A stretch of 48,127 nt of DNA from Thermoplasmatota archaeon (GCA_049472175.1 JBLIRF010000001.1:1-48127), one strand, 5' to 3'; positions 35,661-46,225 are shown, counted from the stretch's first letter. Numbers and translations: made by a program. The notes: generated by a model not told the origin, from the letters alone.

Positions 35661-35785
35661 AAGAAAGGGGAAGATGTTCTTTCACCCACCCCCTCATCTT
35701 CATTTAAATCATGGTTTCAAATAACAATCGATCACGCTCACGAATATATGGAGGTTACCGGGTGGTTGTACCTTATGCCCAAAAA

Positions 35786-37636
35786 ATGGCCGAGAACCAG
35801 AAGGAGATCTCGATCTCGGACTTCTTCTCCAAGAACAGACAGATACTCGGATTTGATAACCCTTCAAAGGCGATGCTGGTATCGGTGAAGGAAGCTGTTG
35901 ACAATTCCTTGGATGCCTGCGAGGAAGCGGGGATCCTTCCCGTCATTGACGTTAAGATACAAAAGGCAGATGAACGTGACAGATACAGGATAACCATCAG
36001 GGACAACGGTCCCGGGATCGTGAAACAGCAGATTCCCAACGTCTTCGGTAGGCTCCTCTACGGGTCAAGGTTCCATTCCATAAGGCAATCAAGGGGGCAG
36101 CAAGGTATCGGTATTTCCTCCGTGGTGCTCTATTCGCAGTTGACCACTGGGAAAACGATAACCATCATATCAAAGATCGGAGAGGACTACCCCTGCAACA
36201 GAATGGAGATACAGATCAATACAAAGAACAACAGACCGCACATTATCTCGAGCGAGGTGGTCCTTTGGGACGCCCCCCACGGCACCGAGTTCAGCTGCGA
36301 GATCGAGGGGAGATACCAGAAGAACAAGAAACAGACCGTTCCTGAGTATCTCAGGTCCACAGCAATCGTCAATCCCCATGTGGATATTTACTTCGAGGAC
36401 CCTGACGGTGAGAGATTCCACTTCCAGAAGGTCGTGGACAAGATGCCAGAACCTGCGAAGGAGAGCAAACCCCATCCTCACGGGACAGAGCTCGGGGTCC
36501 TGAAGAGCATGCTTCAGTACACGGAAGCGAAACGAGCTTCCTCTTTTCTCACGAACGAATTCGCGCGGATATCACCACGGGGTGCCCGTGAGATACTTGA
36601 CAAGGCTGGCATAAAAGATACCATGAACCCAAGGAGAATCGCCCTTGATGAGATCCAGACATTGTATTCGGTCATGCAGGACATGAAGTTCATGTCACCC
36701 CCGACAGACTGTCTTTCCCCGATAGGCGACAGATTGATCAGGAAGGGGCTTCGCAAGGAGATAGACTCCAAGTTCGCATACACCGTAACCAGGGACCCAA
36801 AGGTCTTCAGGGGCACACCCTTCCAGGTTGAGGCAGGGATAGTGTACGGCGGCGAGCTCCCCCCCGGAGATACTGTCCAGGTGCTTCGGTTCGCAAACAG
36901 GGTGCCCCTGCTATATGCGCAGGGGGGATGCGCAATGACCCATGCCATCGAGAAGATCAACTGGAGGCCCTACGGCCTGGAGCAAAGAGGGGGCAAAGGA
37001 CTCCCTGCCGGGCCCGCGGTGATATTGATCCATATCGCATCCACGAACGTTCCTTTCACCTCCGAATCCAAGGAAGCCGTCGCCGATGTTGACGAGATCA
37101 TCGAGGAATGCACGAGAGCCCTTATGGACTGTGGACGAAGGGTGAAATCACATATCAACAAGAAGAAGAAGCTCAAGAAGGTCTCGGAGAAGTACACCCT
37201 CATCAAGGAAATACTCCCGGAGATCGCAAGGAAGAGCTCCGATATCCTCGAGAGACCTCAACTCCCCTTGGAAGAGGTCATAACCAAGATCATGAACGTG
37301 CATGTGATAGATTCCGGGATACACTTCCATGAAGTTGGGGAAGGGGAGGATAAACAGCCTGTCACTGAGGTCACGATCCGGGTCCAGAACTACACCCAGA
37401 AAGAGAGGAAGTTCAAACTGGCAGTTAAAGTACCTGACACACTGGTCCAGGGTATTTATCCGGAGACCTACAGGATGAGACCTGGTGTGATCGAATGGGA
37501 TGTGGGACCTCTCCTTCCCGCCAGATCTCTTCATCTTGGGTTCACCCTTTTGGGGCTGGACAAGGATGAATACGAGGAGGTCGAGATATTCTATTCGAAG
37601 CTTTCAGGCGAGGTGATCGGGGCCGACCCCATGTAA
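35786..37636 (+). CDS. top6B: DNA topoisomerase VI subunit B
   Basis: GHKL/Bergerat motifs are present: [16 protein letters not shown] and GQQGIGIS. Transducer-domain-like sequence follows. I prefer the ATG at 35786 ([14 protein letters not shown]) over the ORF-track start at 35711. Confidence 0.9.
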   Translation: MAENQKEISISDFFSKNRQILGFDNPSKAMLVSVKEAVDNSLDACEEAGILPVIDVKIQKADERDRYRITIRDNGPGIVKQQIPNVFGRLLYGSRFHSIRQSRGQQGIGISSVVLYSQLTTGKTITIISKIGEDYPCNRMEIQINTKNNRPHIISSEVVLWDAPHGTEFSCEIEGRYQKNKKQTVPEYLRSTAIVNPHVDIYFEDPDGERFHFQKVVDKMPEPAKESKPHPHGTELGVLKSMLQYTEAKRASSFLTNEFARISPRGAREILDKAGIKDTMNPRRIALDEIQTLYSVMQDMKFMSPPTDCLSPIGDRLIRKGLRKEIDSKFAYTVTRDPKVFRGTPFQVEAGIVYGGELPPGDTVQVLRFANRVPLLYAQGGCAMTHAIEKINWRPYGLEQRGGKGLPAGPAVILIHIASTNVPFTSESKEAVADVDEIIEECTRALMDCGRRVKSHINKKKKLKKVSEKYTLIKEILPEIARKSSDILERPQLPLEEVITKIMNVHVIDSGIHFHEVGEGEDKQPVTEVTIRVQNYTQKERKFKLAVKVPDTLVQGIYPETYRMRPGVIEWDVGPLLPARSLHLGFTLLGLDKDEYEEVEIFYSKLSGEVIGADPM

Positions 37637-37647
37637 GAGGTGATCGA

Positions 37648-38754
37648 TTGACTAAGGTGGAGATCACGAAGGCGAACCAACTGGCCAAAGACAGGCTCTG
37701 GAGCATAGCCGGTGTCATCTACGATCAAATGAAACAAGGGGAAGTACCACATCTGGAGGTCTCCTCCAGGACCAAGAACAACATAGTCCTATCCAAGCAC
37801 CACAAGGTCTGGAAGTACGGAGATGATGTGGTCAGGAGGTCCGCAAAGGACCTTGGCGGTGCGACCAACCTCCTGCGTACACTCTACACCATAGACTTCA
37901 TTGGAGACATGATCAGGTCCGGGAAATCATCCACACTGAGGGAGATGTACTACATTTCGGAAGGATGGAGCAAGGCCAAGTTCCCAACACAGGATGAATC
38001 GAACCGGCTGGCCGAGGACCTCGAGATAATCACCGCCTCATTGAGGGAAGATTTCAAGCTAAGACCCGAGGAGGACGGTGCACGGGTCATCGGAGACCTG
38101 ACCATAGAGGAGAAGAACAGGAAAGGGGAGATCAAGAAGATCAACTGCAAGGATGACGTGGGTGATTCTGGTTACGGTATCCCTTACAATGTCGAGGAGG
38201 ACAAGCTGAGGTTCAAGAAAATCAACGCCAAGATGGTCGTTGCGGTAGAGACCGGAGGTATGTTCGACAGACTAGTGGAGAACGGTTTCGATGACAGCCA
38301 CAAGGCCGTTCTTGTTCATCTGAAGGGACAGCCAGCACGGTCCACCAGACGTTTCATAAAACGTCTACATGAGTTCTCCAGGATTCCGGTGGTGATCTTC
38401 ACGGATGGTGATCCCTGGTCCTACAGGATATTCGCCTCTGTCGCCTACGGGGCCATCAAGACAGCACATATATCGGAATACCTGGCGACGCCTTCCGCCC
38501 AGTATCTGGGGATCACACCGTCCGACATCGTGAACTACGATCTTCCCAGCGACGGTCTTTCAGACAACGATATAAATGCCCTCAAGTCGGAGCTGACCGA
38601 TCCCAGGTTCACTTCGACCAGATGGAAGGAAGAGATCAAACTGCAGTTGAAGCTCAAGAAGAAATCCGAGCAGCAGGCACTCGCGAAATACGGGTTGGAC
38701 TTCGTAACAGATACGTATCTCCCCGAAAAGCTTTCGGAGATGAGCATAATTTAA
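37648..38754 (+). CDS. top6A: DNA topoisomerase VI subunit A (Spo11 homologue)
   Basis: The catalytic Tyr region is [11 protein letters not shown]. The Toprim motifs are [13 protein letters not shown] and [11 protein letters not shown]. The start is TTG, 11 nt after the top6B stop. Confidence 0.9.
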   Translation: MTKVEITKANQLAKDRLWSIAGVIYDQMKQGEVPHLEVSSRTKNNIVLSKHHKVWKYGDDVVRRSAKDLGGATNLLRTLYTIDFIGDMIRSGKSSTLREMYYISEGWSKAKFPTQDESNRLAEDLEIITASLREDFKLRPEEDGARVIGDLTIEEKNRKGEIKKINCKDDVGDSGYGIPYNVEEDKLRFKKINAKMVVAVETGGMFDRLVENGFDDSHKAVLVHLKGQPARSTRRFIKRLHEFSRIPVVIFTDGDPWSYRIFASVAYGAIKTAHISEYLATPSAQYLGITPSDIVNYDLPSDGLSDNDINALKSELTDPRFTSTRWKEEIKLQLKLKKKSEQQALAKYGLDFVTDTYLPEKLSEMSII

Positions 38755-38779
38755 TATCGAACATCCTCTAGGGGCGACC

Positions 38780-39550
38780 ATGAAGACGCTTTCATTGATC
38801 GGTCTCGGGCTCTCCAGCGAGAGGTCGATCCCCCTGGAGGGTCTCGACAGATTGAAGGTTGCGGATGTCATATTTGCAGAGTTCTTCACCTCTCTTCTGG
38901 AGAAGGGAACGCTGGGCAGGTTGGAAAGACTTGCAGGAAAGAACGTAATTCTTCTGAACAGGAAGGAAGTGGAAGAGGAAGAGGTGGTGATGGAATCCTT
39001 GAAGAGCAACGAAAAGGTATGCTTTCTGACGGCAGGGGACCCACTTACCGCGACCACCCATCAGGAGCTTCGATTCGATGCAATGGACAGGGGAATCTGC
39101 GTCGAGATCATTCATTCGGCCTCCATTTTCAACGCTGCCTCGGGCCTGGCTGGACTGCAGCACTATAAGTTCGGAAGAACGACCACGCTCGCGTTCCCTG
39201 AGGGCAATTATTTCCCGACCTCGCCGTTGGATATCATTACAGAGAACATGGAAAGGGGGCTTCATACCCTCGTCCTGCTTGACATTCAGGCCGAGAGGGA
39301 CAGGTACATGACAGCATCCGAAGGATGTGAACTTCTGCTCAGGATGGAAGCCGAGAGAGGAGGTGGGAAGATCAGCGGCAGGACCAAAACCGTTGCCGTG
39401 CTCAGAGCGGGCAGGGTAGACCGGAAGGTGCTCTACGGAGAACTTGGGAAGCTCAAGGGGATCGATATGGGGCCACCCCCGCATTGTCTGATTATCCCGG
39501 GCAACCTGCACTTTGCAGAGGAGGAGGCCCTTGAGCATTTCAGGGTATGA
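38780..39550 (+). CDS. dphB: Diphthine synthase
   Basis: The tetrapyrrole-methylase fold is indicated by LSLIGLGL, FLTAGDPLTATTH and PPHCLIIPG. The product is 256 aa. Confidence 0.9.
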   Translation: MKTLSLIGLGLSSERSIPLEGLDRLKVADVIFAEFFTSLLEKGTLGRLERLAGKNVILLNRKEVEEEEVVMESLKSNEKVCFLTAGDPLTATTHQELRFDAMDRGICVEIIHSASIFNAASGLAGLQHYKFGRTTTLAFPEGNYFPTSPLDIITENMERGLHTLVLLDIQAERDRYMTASEGCELLLRMEAERGGGKISGRTKTVAVLRAGRVDRKVLYGELGKLKGIDMGPPPHCLIIPGNLHFAEEEALEHFRV

Positions 39551-39688
39551 TATGACGCTCTTCTCAAGTTGTTGAAGGGCCCCTCTCAATTGGGAGGGAC
39601 ATGGCCTGCCCAAATGCTTGCATGAACAGTACGCCGCAGGCTACCTGACCCACCGATGAAGCATGGATCAAGGTGTGATCTTCAACGC

Positions 39689-40246
39689 TCATTTTCCATT
39701 TGGAATGACATCGTATATGAAATCGATACCCCTCTTCGTTATCTTGTACCTTCCCTGCTTCTTGCCGTGTTCCAGCAGACCCTTGCGGTCCTCCGACATC
39801 TTTCTAAGGAAGTAGCTGAGGTTCTTTGGGGTTTCCACCTTCAGCTTCTTGTAGAGCGGAGGAAGGTCCATTGCCCTGAACTCCCTCTTCCCCTCTACCT
39901 TGTTAATGTAATATCCCAGGAGAATGACCCTCTGGTTCTCTCTCTTTGGTGCTTTGATCTTGAAGATCTGTTCAAGGGTCATCTTGCTCATGTCGACCCT
40001 GTCCTTCTTGGGGACCTTCTTCGATTTGGCCTTCTTTTTGGGTTTCGGACCGGGCTTCTTCTTCCTGCCCGGTTTCTTCCTTCTCTTTGACGGTTTCTTG
40101 TCAGCCAGGCTTCTTGGGACCTTGAGATCCTTGTCAAGTATCCTACGTATTTCGTTGAATGCTTTCTTTACAAACTTCCTGTCCCCTGCCAACTCAACAA
40201 CCAAATCTTCCCCTTTTACTTTAATTCTGTACATCTTTTCATCCAT
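39689..40246 (-). CDS. Hypothetical DNA-binding-like protein: small N-domain, Lys/Pro-rich basic linker and a winged-helix-like C-terminal domain
   Basis: The linker KKPSKRRKKPGRKKKPGPKPKKKAKSKKVPKK lies at about 39997-40126. The C-terminus reads NLSYFLRKMSEDRKGLLEHGKKQGRYKITKRGIDFI. GGAGGTG lies 8 nt upstream of the ATG, and an AT-rich promoter region precedes it. Confidence 0.5.
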   Translation of the reverse strand: MDEKMYRIKVKGEDLVVELAGDRKFVKKAFNEIRRILDKDLKVPRSLADKKPSKRRKKPGRKKKPGPKPKKKAKSKKVPKKDRVDMSKMTLEQIFKIKAPKRENQRVILLGYYINKVEGKREFRAMDLPPLYKKLKVETPKNLSYFLRKMSEDRKGLLEHGKKQGRYKITKRGIDFIYDVIPNGK

Positions 40247-40303
40247 AAATGCACCTCCAGGTCAAGGTGGAACCTGAATGCACATACAATTATTAAATTA
40301 TAT

Positions 40304-40330
40304 ATTTTTCCCTGAACTAATGGGAAAAAA
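40304..40330 (-). terminator. Hairpin plus oligo-T downstream of rsgA, overlapping the promoter region of the 185-aa gene
   Basis: TTTTTCCC (40304-40311) pairs with GGGAAAAA (40321-40328). The plus-strand A7 run at 40324-40330 reads as T7 on the minus strand. Confidence 0.3.
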
Positions 40331-40465
40331 ATTTTTAAAGCGAATCCTATCTATCAATGCAATTTTCGATATCTCAAGGATTCTATATGAACATGAATTC
40401 ATCATTTGGGAGACCTGATAGCATTGCAATATCTATACTGTCAATATCCCGACAGCAATTCGAAC

Positions 40466-41578
40466 TCATCTCCCTTCCTTCTTGAAACGTTGATAGTGCT
40501 TGACATCCTTTGTTAGGGGCCTCCATCTCGCCTTCTCCTCGGTCCTAGCTCCCTTATCCGTCTTGAGAGCGAGAAATCGGAGCTCCCTTCTCATCTTGAT
40601 GTAATTATCGAATCGAGATCTCTCGATCTCCCCTTCTTCGAGAGCACGCTTCACCGCACATCCAGGTTCGGACAGGTGCTGACAGTCCTTGAACCTGCAC
40701 TTCCGGGAAAGTCCGAGGATATCTTTGAAAGCTTCTTCAAGAGTTGTTTCGTCACCCCATAGCTGCAGCTCCCTTATCCCGGGATTGTCTATCAGGATCC
40801 CGCCTTCCGGGAGAACCATCAGCTCCCTGGAAGTGGTCACATGACTTCCCTTTCCGCAACTTTTTCTCAATTCACCGGTCCTCATCTTCTCCTCACCCAG
40901 TAATCGGTTCATAAGGGTGGATTTTCCCACACCCGAGGACCCAATGAGTGCAACGGTCACTCCTTTTCTTAGATACCTGTCAAGGACATCCATTCCGTCG
41001 CCGTTCATTGCACTGATATGATGCACCGGAACCTCTCCGGACACCTCATGGACCTGCTGGAGTTTGGCCGGGAGGTCCTTGGCATCATCGGATTTGTTCA
41101 GAAGGATCACCGGTCTTGAACCGGAGGCGGATACCATGACAAGATACCTTTCCAGCCTTCTGAGGTTGAAATCATTGTCGAGCCCCATCATGACGAAGAT
41201 AATGTCGACGTTTGCTGCGAATACCTGCTCATGGACCTCCTTTCCCGGCACCTTTCGTGAGATGCAACCCTTCCTCGGGAGGACCGAAATGATGATATTG
41301 GATGTACCGGACAGTTTAACGACGACCCAATCACCGACCGCTGGTCCACCTGCCATCAGGACCTTCGAGGATGCTCTTGTCCTGACCTCGCCTTCTCCGG
41401 TGATGACAGTGTAGCGGGAACCATCGAGAAATGACACCCTGCCCACATCTATACCTTCGATCCCTTCGATCTCAAGGGCCCTCACGGAATCTTCGAAATG
41501 ACGGTCCCAGCCCAACCTGTCAAGGTTCGTTCTCGATGACATCCATCCGACAAAGGGCTTGGATATTAAAACATTCAC
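40466..41578 (-). CDS. rsgA: Ribosome small-subunit-dependent GTPase A (YjeQ/RsgA), a circularly permuted GTPase
   Basis: The motif order is permuted: G4 LLNKSDD, then G1 IGSSGVGKSTLMNRL, then G3 IDNPGIRE. The C-terminal zinc knuckle is CRFKDCQHLSEPGC. The start is GTG at 41578 or ATG at 41542. Confidence 0.85.
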   Translation of the reverse strand: MNVLISKPFVGWMSSRTNLDRLGWDRHFEDSVRALEIEGIEGIDVGRVSFLDGSRYTVITGEGEVRTRASSKVLMAGGPAVGDWVVVKLSGTSNIIISVLPRKGCISRKVPGKEVHEQVFAANVDIIFVMMGLDNDFNLRRLERYLVMVSASGSRPVILLNKSDDAKDLPAKLQQVHEVSGEVPVHHISAMNGDGMDVLDRYLRKGVTVALIGSSGVGKSTLMNRLLGEEKMRTGELRKSCGKGSHVTTSRELMVLPEGGILIDNPGIRELQLWGDETTLEEAFKDILGLSRKCRFKDCQHLSEPGCAVKRALEEGEIERSRFDNYIKMRRELRFLALKTDKGARTEEKARWRPLTKDVKHYQRFKKEGR

Positions 41579-41590
41579 CAGAGGTGAAGA

Positions 41591-44500
41591 TCAAACCCTC
41601 TCCACACCCCCCTCCCATATGACCACTCTGAGCAGGTAGAAGTCCTGTGTCATTCCGATGTTGCCGATATCATAGAAGAGCGATACAATGGCATCAGGAG
41701 CATCCTTGATATAGACACCCATGCTGATGAAGATCCCTCCCACATCCCGTCCCAGAAGCTTCATCGGGAGGGCCAGATTGACCTTCCCCATAATAGCCAG
41801 TGTGAAAGAATCAGGTAGATCAGCCCCTTCCGGGGCCATATTGGCGATCGGGCCTGGCATCTCCACCTCCATGAACATATCCAGGCCTATGTAGCACCTT
41901 GAGAGGATAGCCATGGGAAAGGCCCGGTAATCTCCGGAATTCTCCGGGTCGGCAAGGTTATTGATGAAGATCTTGATGTTCCCATAAAGCCAGGAAAGAA
42001 AATCCGCAACTGCTTCTCCATCAGCCTGGAAGGACAGCTCCAGCCCACCTCCGGCTGATCCCGATGCATCCTCGATCTCCACGGAAAGGAACATACGGAC
42101 ATCGACCACCAGCTCTCTGACCACTGAAAGGAATCTCTCCATGAACAGCTCGATCGCTCTTTCAAGGAACGGGACCACCACATCGAAGGTCAGGCCAAAG
42201 ATGCGGTATGATTCTGTCCAGGCTTCCTTGAGCGAGGTCAGTGCAATGGATATCAGAAGTGACCTGATATTGGTGGGAAGGGCTCCTCCATTGGGGGCTT
42301 CGGGAGTCCCCGAGGTTTCCCTCCATACACCATACCCATCAGCATCCCTCGAGTACCAACCTCCAATGTCCAGATCAGCCTCAAGATCATCCCAGATCAG
42401 ACCAGATGGGGACCTTAAGACTATTCGAACACGCCCATCGTCCGGTATCCTGCCTTCCCACCTCCATAGACAAGTTTGGTCGATACCGCAAAGAGAGTAC
42501 CTTTCAGCCTCGGGCTCAAGGCTCCATGATCCGATCAAGCATCCCTCTAGATTCTCGATGGACAGGGTGGAGCTGTAAACGGGAAAGCACCTGGGATTGA
42601 ATATCTCGATCTCTGAGATGTTCCTCCCGTACAAGTGCACCTCGTTGATGTGTGGGCCCAGTTCTTCCGGCATCCTGTAGTTGAGCCTGAATCCAGCATC
42701 TATCACGGCCTGCACTCCAAGGGGTGGGATCGGAATGAAGGGCTCGATCCCAAGAGTGTCACCAAGTGATACCTGACAGGACCTGTACTCTTCCAGGGCC
42801 GGGCATTCGATGGAGGCCATCAGGTACTCGCCTGGACCCGCCTCGTATCGGGCCTCTATCGATATCATGTGAGGAGCCCTCAGCATGAAAGGATCAAGCT
42901 CGAGCCTGAGATACAGGGGGCCGATATCGAAGGTCACGATTCCACTGAAGTCGAACTTACCTCCGTCGACCCTGTTGAAGGACATGAAGCAGCACATACC
43001 TATCGATGATATGTCGAGAGATATGTTCAGGATGTTGCCTTCCTCACCCATCAATGCTCCCCTTTCCGTATGGAGCCCTGCCCTGAAAGGCCCCATATCG
43101 AGTTCAAGTTCTATCTCGTCTATTCCAAGGACCCTGCATGTCGCGTTCAATATCCCGCTTATCCCCAGATCGATCAGGTGTCGGATGAGGTCCTTGACGG
43201 TCTCCCTCAATGTGGAGGAGAGGTCCAGGGTCACATTGGATGCCACCCTTGCAATTTCCGCGATGTCGAGATCGTTTCCCCTCACTATCTCGAGTACGAT
43301 GGGCGGAACCTCCCTCAATGAGGACATGGACCCACCCAGCAGGTCCTGGACAAGACAGTTCAATTCCGCCTTAAGAGAATCACCTGCCTCGAGGACCCGG
43401 TCCACCAGGTATTCTTGGAAATTACCTGTTTGCACGTATTCAACTCCGAGCATTGGCCATTGAGAACCCACTTCGAAGTTGATAGAAAGTGACACGGGGA
43501 AGCTCATGTTCGAGGCCCCCATGACCTCAAGATCCTTCTCCCTCAGGATGAACACGATGTCGTAAGTCCCCTTCAAGTCAAGCTGATAACCGGTTGTGTA
43601 CGGTGCGGAGCTGTCAAGAGGGTCAGTATCGTATTCTCCGGATGAAGGACTCAGAACGGTCTGGTACGTTTCTTTCCTGTGGATCCGGAGGTCCGTGTAC
43701 AGTTCCCGATGTCCCGGGGCATCGAAGTTCATCCCTGAGACCTCGATATGATCATCCTTCGGTAACGGAGGCAGGAAGAACCTGCCTCCAGCAAGATGAA
43801 GGCCCTGGTCGAACGAGCTACCTATGGCATCCAATCCTTTCCTCACGAGCCTCTCCACCTCCTTCATGACGCCAAGGCTGTCCCCGTTGTATGAGGAGAA
43901 GGTCAACTCGAACCCCCTCGTGGAAGGCTGTACCATTTCTCTCCTTATCCATCCTTCCTCGTCCGTACCGCTTCCATCTCCGAACTCCCTCCTTGTCATC
44001 TCCAGATATGATGATGAAACGTATGAGGACCAGAGCATGTCAAGTTCGGGATCCATGGGGATCTTGACACACAGTCCGAGAGCTATCCATTTTGCGAGTT
44101 CGGGGTACTGGTAGAGAACCTCGGTATTGTCCTTTCCGAACTCCACCTTGTTCCCTCCGTAAATGACGCACTCCTGGGTTTTTTCGATGTCCATTATATG
44201 AACGGTGGTGTTATCGAAGATGATGGAGGTGCAGTTCTCCTCACAGCTCTTCATCTGGCCGCCCCTGTCGGCCCAGATATCGTAATTCATCAGAAGCCAG
44301 TCGGCAATAAGCGCCGAATATCCTTTCTCGACCTCGAAGAGGGTTTCGAAAAGGCTCACTGCATTGAACTCCTCCACAAGGGCGGATGCGAAATCCTCCA
44401 CCAGTTCCATGAGAGGCCACAGATCGCAATCGATCATGGAGCCGACAGAAGGGAAGGCGTTATCCATCGATGTGATTTCCTCGATGGTCCATCCCCTCCA

Positions 44501-46225
44501 GAGCTTCAACCATCTATCGTTGGCAGGAGTCGTTGTACTTCTGAAGAGCTCGTCTATCACCTTTTTAATGGCATACCTGCCCTTCTCACGGAACTCGTTC
44601 TCCGACAGGGAACCTGTGTCACTCTCGTCCGTTCCAAGGAAGTAGGCAAGGGACGAGATGAACTCCTCATCGGCAAGCAGGTCTCGGGACCTGAACGGTG
44701 GTTCCATGGGGTCGAAATCAAAGAAGGCGGTGACATTGTATATACTGCACATCAGACCAACGAATTCCTCGGATGGATCGTAGTATTCCGCCTTTGAATG
44801 TATGGTTCCGTTCACGGAACGATAGTATTCGTTACTCGGTCCACCGTCCGACAAGCCGATCTCGAAGCACCTTTCCATACCGGGGATATCTATGACGGGA
44901 TAGGTGGATATCGCAGCCCCGTTCCATGATGCTCCCGGCATCCCCCTGACCATTATTAGGTCATCATCAGGGTCGAGAAGCGGACTTCTCTCCAGCAGGG
45001 CCTTTAAAATACCTTCCGCCGTCTCTCTGCTGGCATCGATGATATCGATACCAAGGATCGAGCTCGAAAGGGAATCCGCTGCCTCGACCCCAAGTTCCAT
45101 GATGGTCTTCAATCCCCCCAGACCCGAATACAGATCATCATCCAGCCCGATGTAGGAGACGATCCTGTTCACGATGAGGTCCACCATAGAATAGAAGAAG
45201 GGTCTGAACATGGTCTGAAGAGAAGGCGGATTGTCCTGATGGAAGATGCCCTCTCCGAGGAGCACCATCATGCCTGGATCGATGTAACAGGTGGAATTCT
45301 CAAGAACATCGATGAGGGTAGTCTCACCTATGGCTCCGGGGGCGGAGGCGAGCGATCCTCCGATATCCTCCATGAAATGCTCATCTCTTGACCTCAGATA
45401 CGACTGGGCGAGCAGGGAGAAGGCAAGGTCCATCACCGAAACGAGCTCATTATCCGTGAGGAGAGAGAGAGGGACTATCTCGCCGGCCCCTGGCTCCCTC
45501 CCGTACCCCATCAGGCATTTCATCTGGGCAAGTGACCCGACCATGTATTCCACCAGGGATGACATCTCTCCACTTTCAACTGCATCCTGCAACCTCCCCA
45601 TGCGACTTTTTAAAAAAACTGCCATTGAGAACCTGCTGACCTCGATATCGAGCTCGTCCTTCATCACCATAGATCCAAAACGGTCCTTCATTTCAAGCTC
45701 GATATGGACCGTCGTATTCACACCGAACATCTCCGTCCTGGTGCATATGGAAGGAAGCCCGGAAATGTCGGGCTCCGTTCTTGTCCCCGGAACTGGAATG
45801 TCCACACCGCCCTGGATCGGCCTCGAGTCCACGGTCCAGTTTGTGATGTCGAACAGGAACCTGGCATCATCGGCCTGATGAGAAATACCGATGCTCTCGA
45901 TCTCCGTCGAGAGCTGTTCCATCAGCCTGGCCTCCACATATCCATCCAATCTTTGACCTGATGCCTCTCTGGAAAGTTCCGCATCAGCATAGGCCATCGA
46001 TTCATCGTGCATGGAAACGATCTCGCGAGAGAGCGAGGTCCTGAACTCCTCCAGCTCCGAGACCATATCGGATATCCTGGACCCCTCTCTCAAGTTCCTG
46101 TCCCATTCCCGTTCGATCGATAATTGATACGACACATAGAAAGTCGTCAGCACCATGAGGGAGATCGCCAGATATGCGAAAGCCTCCCTCCCGTTGATGT
46201 CATCCTTTATGCAGAGATACCTCAC
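41591..46225 (-). CDS. Giant hypothetical protein (1544 aa) with a single N-terminal hydrophobic anchor; no catalytic family recognised
   Basis: The ORF is uninterrupted. Its GTG start overlaps the upstream stop as GTGA at 46222-46225. The N-terminus is MRYLCIKDDINGREAFAYLAISLMVLTTFYVSYQL. The remainder is acidic and mixed alpha/beta with scattered Cys. A lamin-tail-like stretch lies near 42300-42652. Confidence 0.6.
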   Translation of the reverse strand: MRYLCIKDDINGREAFAYLAISLMVLTTFYVSYQLSIEREWDRNLREGSRISDMVSELEEFRTSLSREIVSMHDESMAYADAELSREASGQRLDGYVEARLMEQLSTEIESIGISHQADDARFLFDITNWTVDSRPIQGGVDIPVPGTRTEPDISGLPSICTRTEMFGVNTTVHIELEMKDRFGSMVMKDELDIEVSRFSMAVFLKSRMGRLQDAVESGEMSSLVEYMVGSLAQMKCLMGYGREPGAGEIVPLSLLTDNELVSVMDLAFSLLAQSYLRSRDEHFMEDIGGSLASAPGAIGETTLIDVLENSTCYIDPGMMVLLGEGIFHQDNPPSLQTMFRPFFYSMVDLIVNRIVSYIGLDDDLYSGLGGLKTIMELGVEAADSLSSSILGIDIIDASRETAEGILKALLERSPLLDPDDDLIMVRGMPGASWNGAAISTYPVIDIPGMERCFEIGLSDGGPSNEYYRSVNGTIHSKAEYYDPSEEFVGLMCSIYNVTAFFDFDPMEPPFRSRDLLADEEFISSLAYFLGTDESDTGSLSENEFREKGRYAIKKVIDELFRSTTTPANDRWLKLWRGWTIEEITSMDNAFPSVGSMIDCDLWPLMELVEDFASALVEEFNAVSLFETLFEVEKGYSALIADWLLMNYDIWADRGGQMKSCEENCTSIIFDNTTVHIMDIEKTQECVIYGGNKVEFGKDNTEVLYQYPELAKWIALGLCVKIPMDPELDMLWSSYVSSSYLEMTRREFGDGSGTDEEGWIRREMVQPSTRGFELTFSSYNGDSLGVMKEVERLVRKGLDAIGSSFDQGLHLAGGRFFLPPLPKDDHIEVSGMNFDAPGHRELYTDLRIHRKETYQTVLSPSSGEYDTDPLDSSAPYTTGYQLDLKGTYDIVFILREKDLEVMGASNMSFPVSLSINFEVGSQWPMLGVEYVQTGNFQEYLVDRVLEAGDSLKAELNCLVQDLLGGSMSSLREVPPIVLEIVRGNDLDIAEIARVASNVTLDLSSTLRETVKDLIRHLIDLGISGILNATCRVLGIDEIELELDMGPFRAGLHTERGALMGEEGNILNISLDISSIGMCCFMSFNRVDGGKFDFSGIVTFDIGPLYLRLELDPFMLRAPHMISIEARYEAGPGEYLMASIECPALEEYRSCQVSLGDTLGIEPFIPIPPLGVQAVIDAGFRLNYRMPEELGPHINEVHLYGRNISEIEIFNPRCFPVYSSTLSIENLEGCLIGSWSLEPEAERYSLCGIDQTCLWRWEGRIPDDGRVRIVLRSPSGLIWDDLEADLDIGGWYSRDADGYGVWRETSGTPEAPNGGALPTNIRSLLISIALTSLKEAWTESYRIFGLTFDVVVPFLERAIELFMERFLSVVRELVVDVRMFLSVEIEDASGSAGGGLELSFQADGEAVADFLSWLYGNIKIFINNLADPENSGDYRAFPMAILSRCYIGLDMFMEVEMPGPIANMAPEGADLPDSFTLAIMGKVNLALPMKLLGRDVGGIFISMGVYIKDAPDAIVSLFYDIGNIGMTQDFYLLRVVIWEGGVERV

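Noticed and set aside
38792-39613. A 273-aa ORF antisense to diphthine synthase
   Set aside because: The plus-strand frame carries unmistakable Dph5/DphB motifs. The antisense product has no recognisable features.
40247-40465. An AT-rich 219-nt intergenic region considered as a replication origin
   Set aside because: Only one GGTGGAAC-like element is present (about 40266-40273), and there is no repeated ORB-type box flanking the AT-rich stretch. No orc1/cdc6 gene is adjacent. The region is explained by a terminator hairpin plus the promoter of the 185-aa gene.
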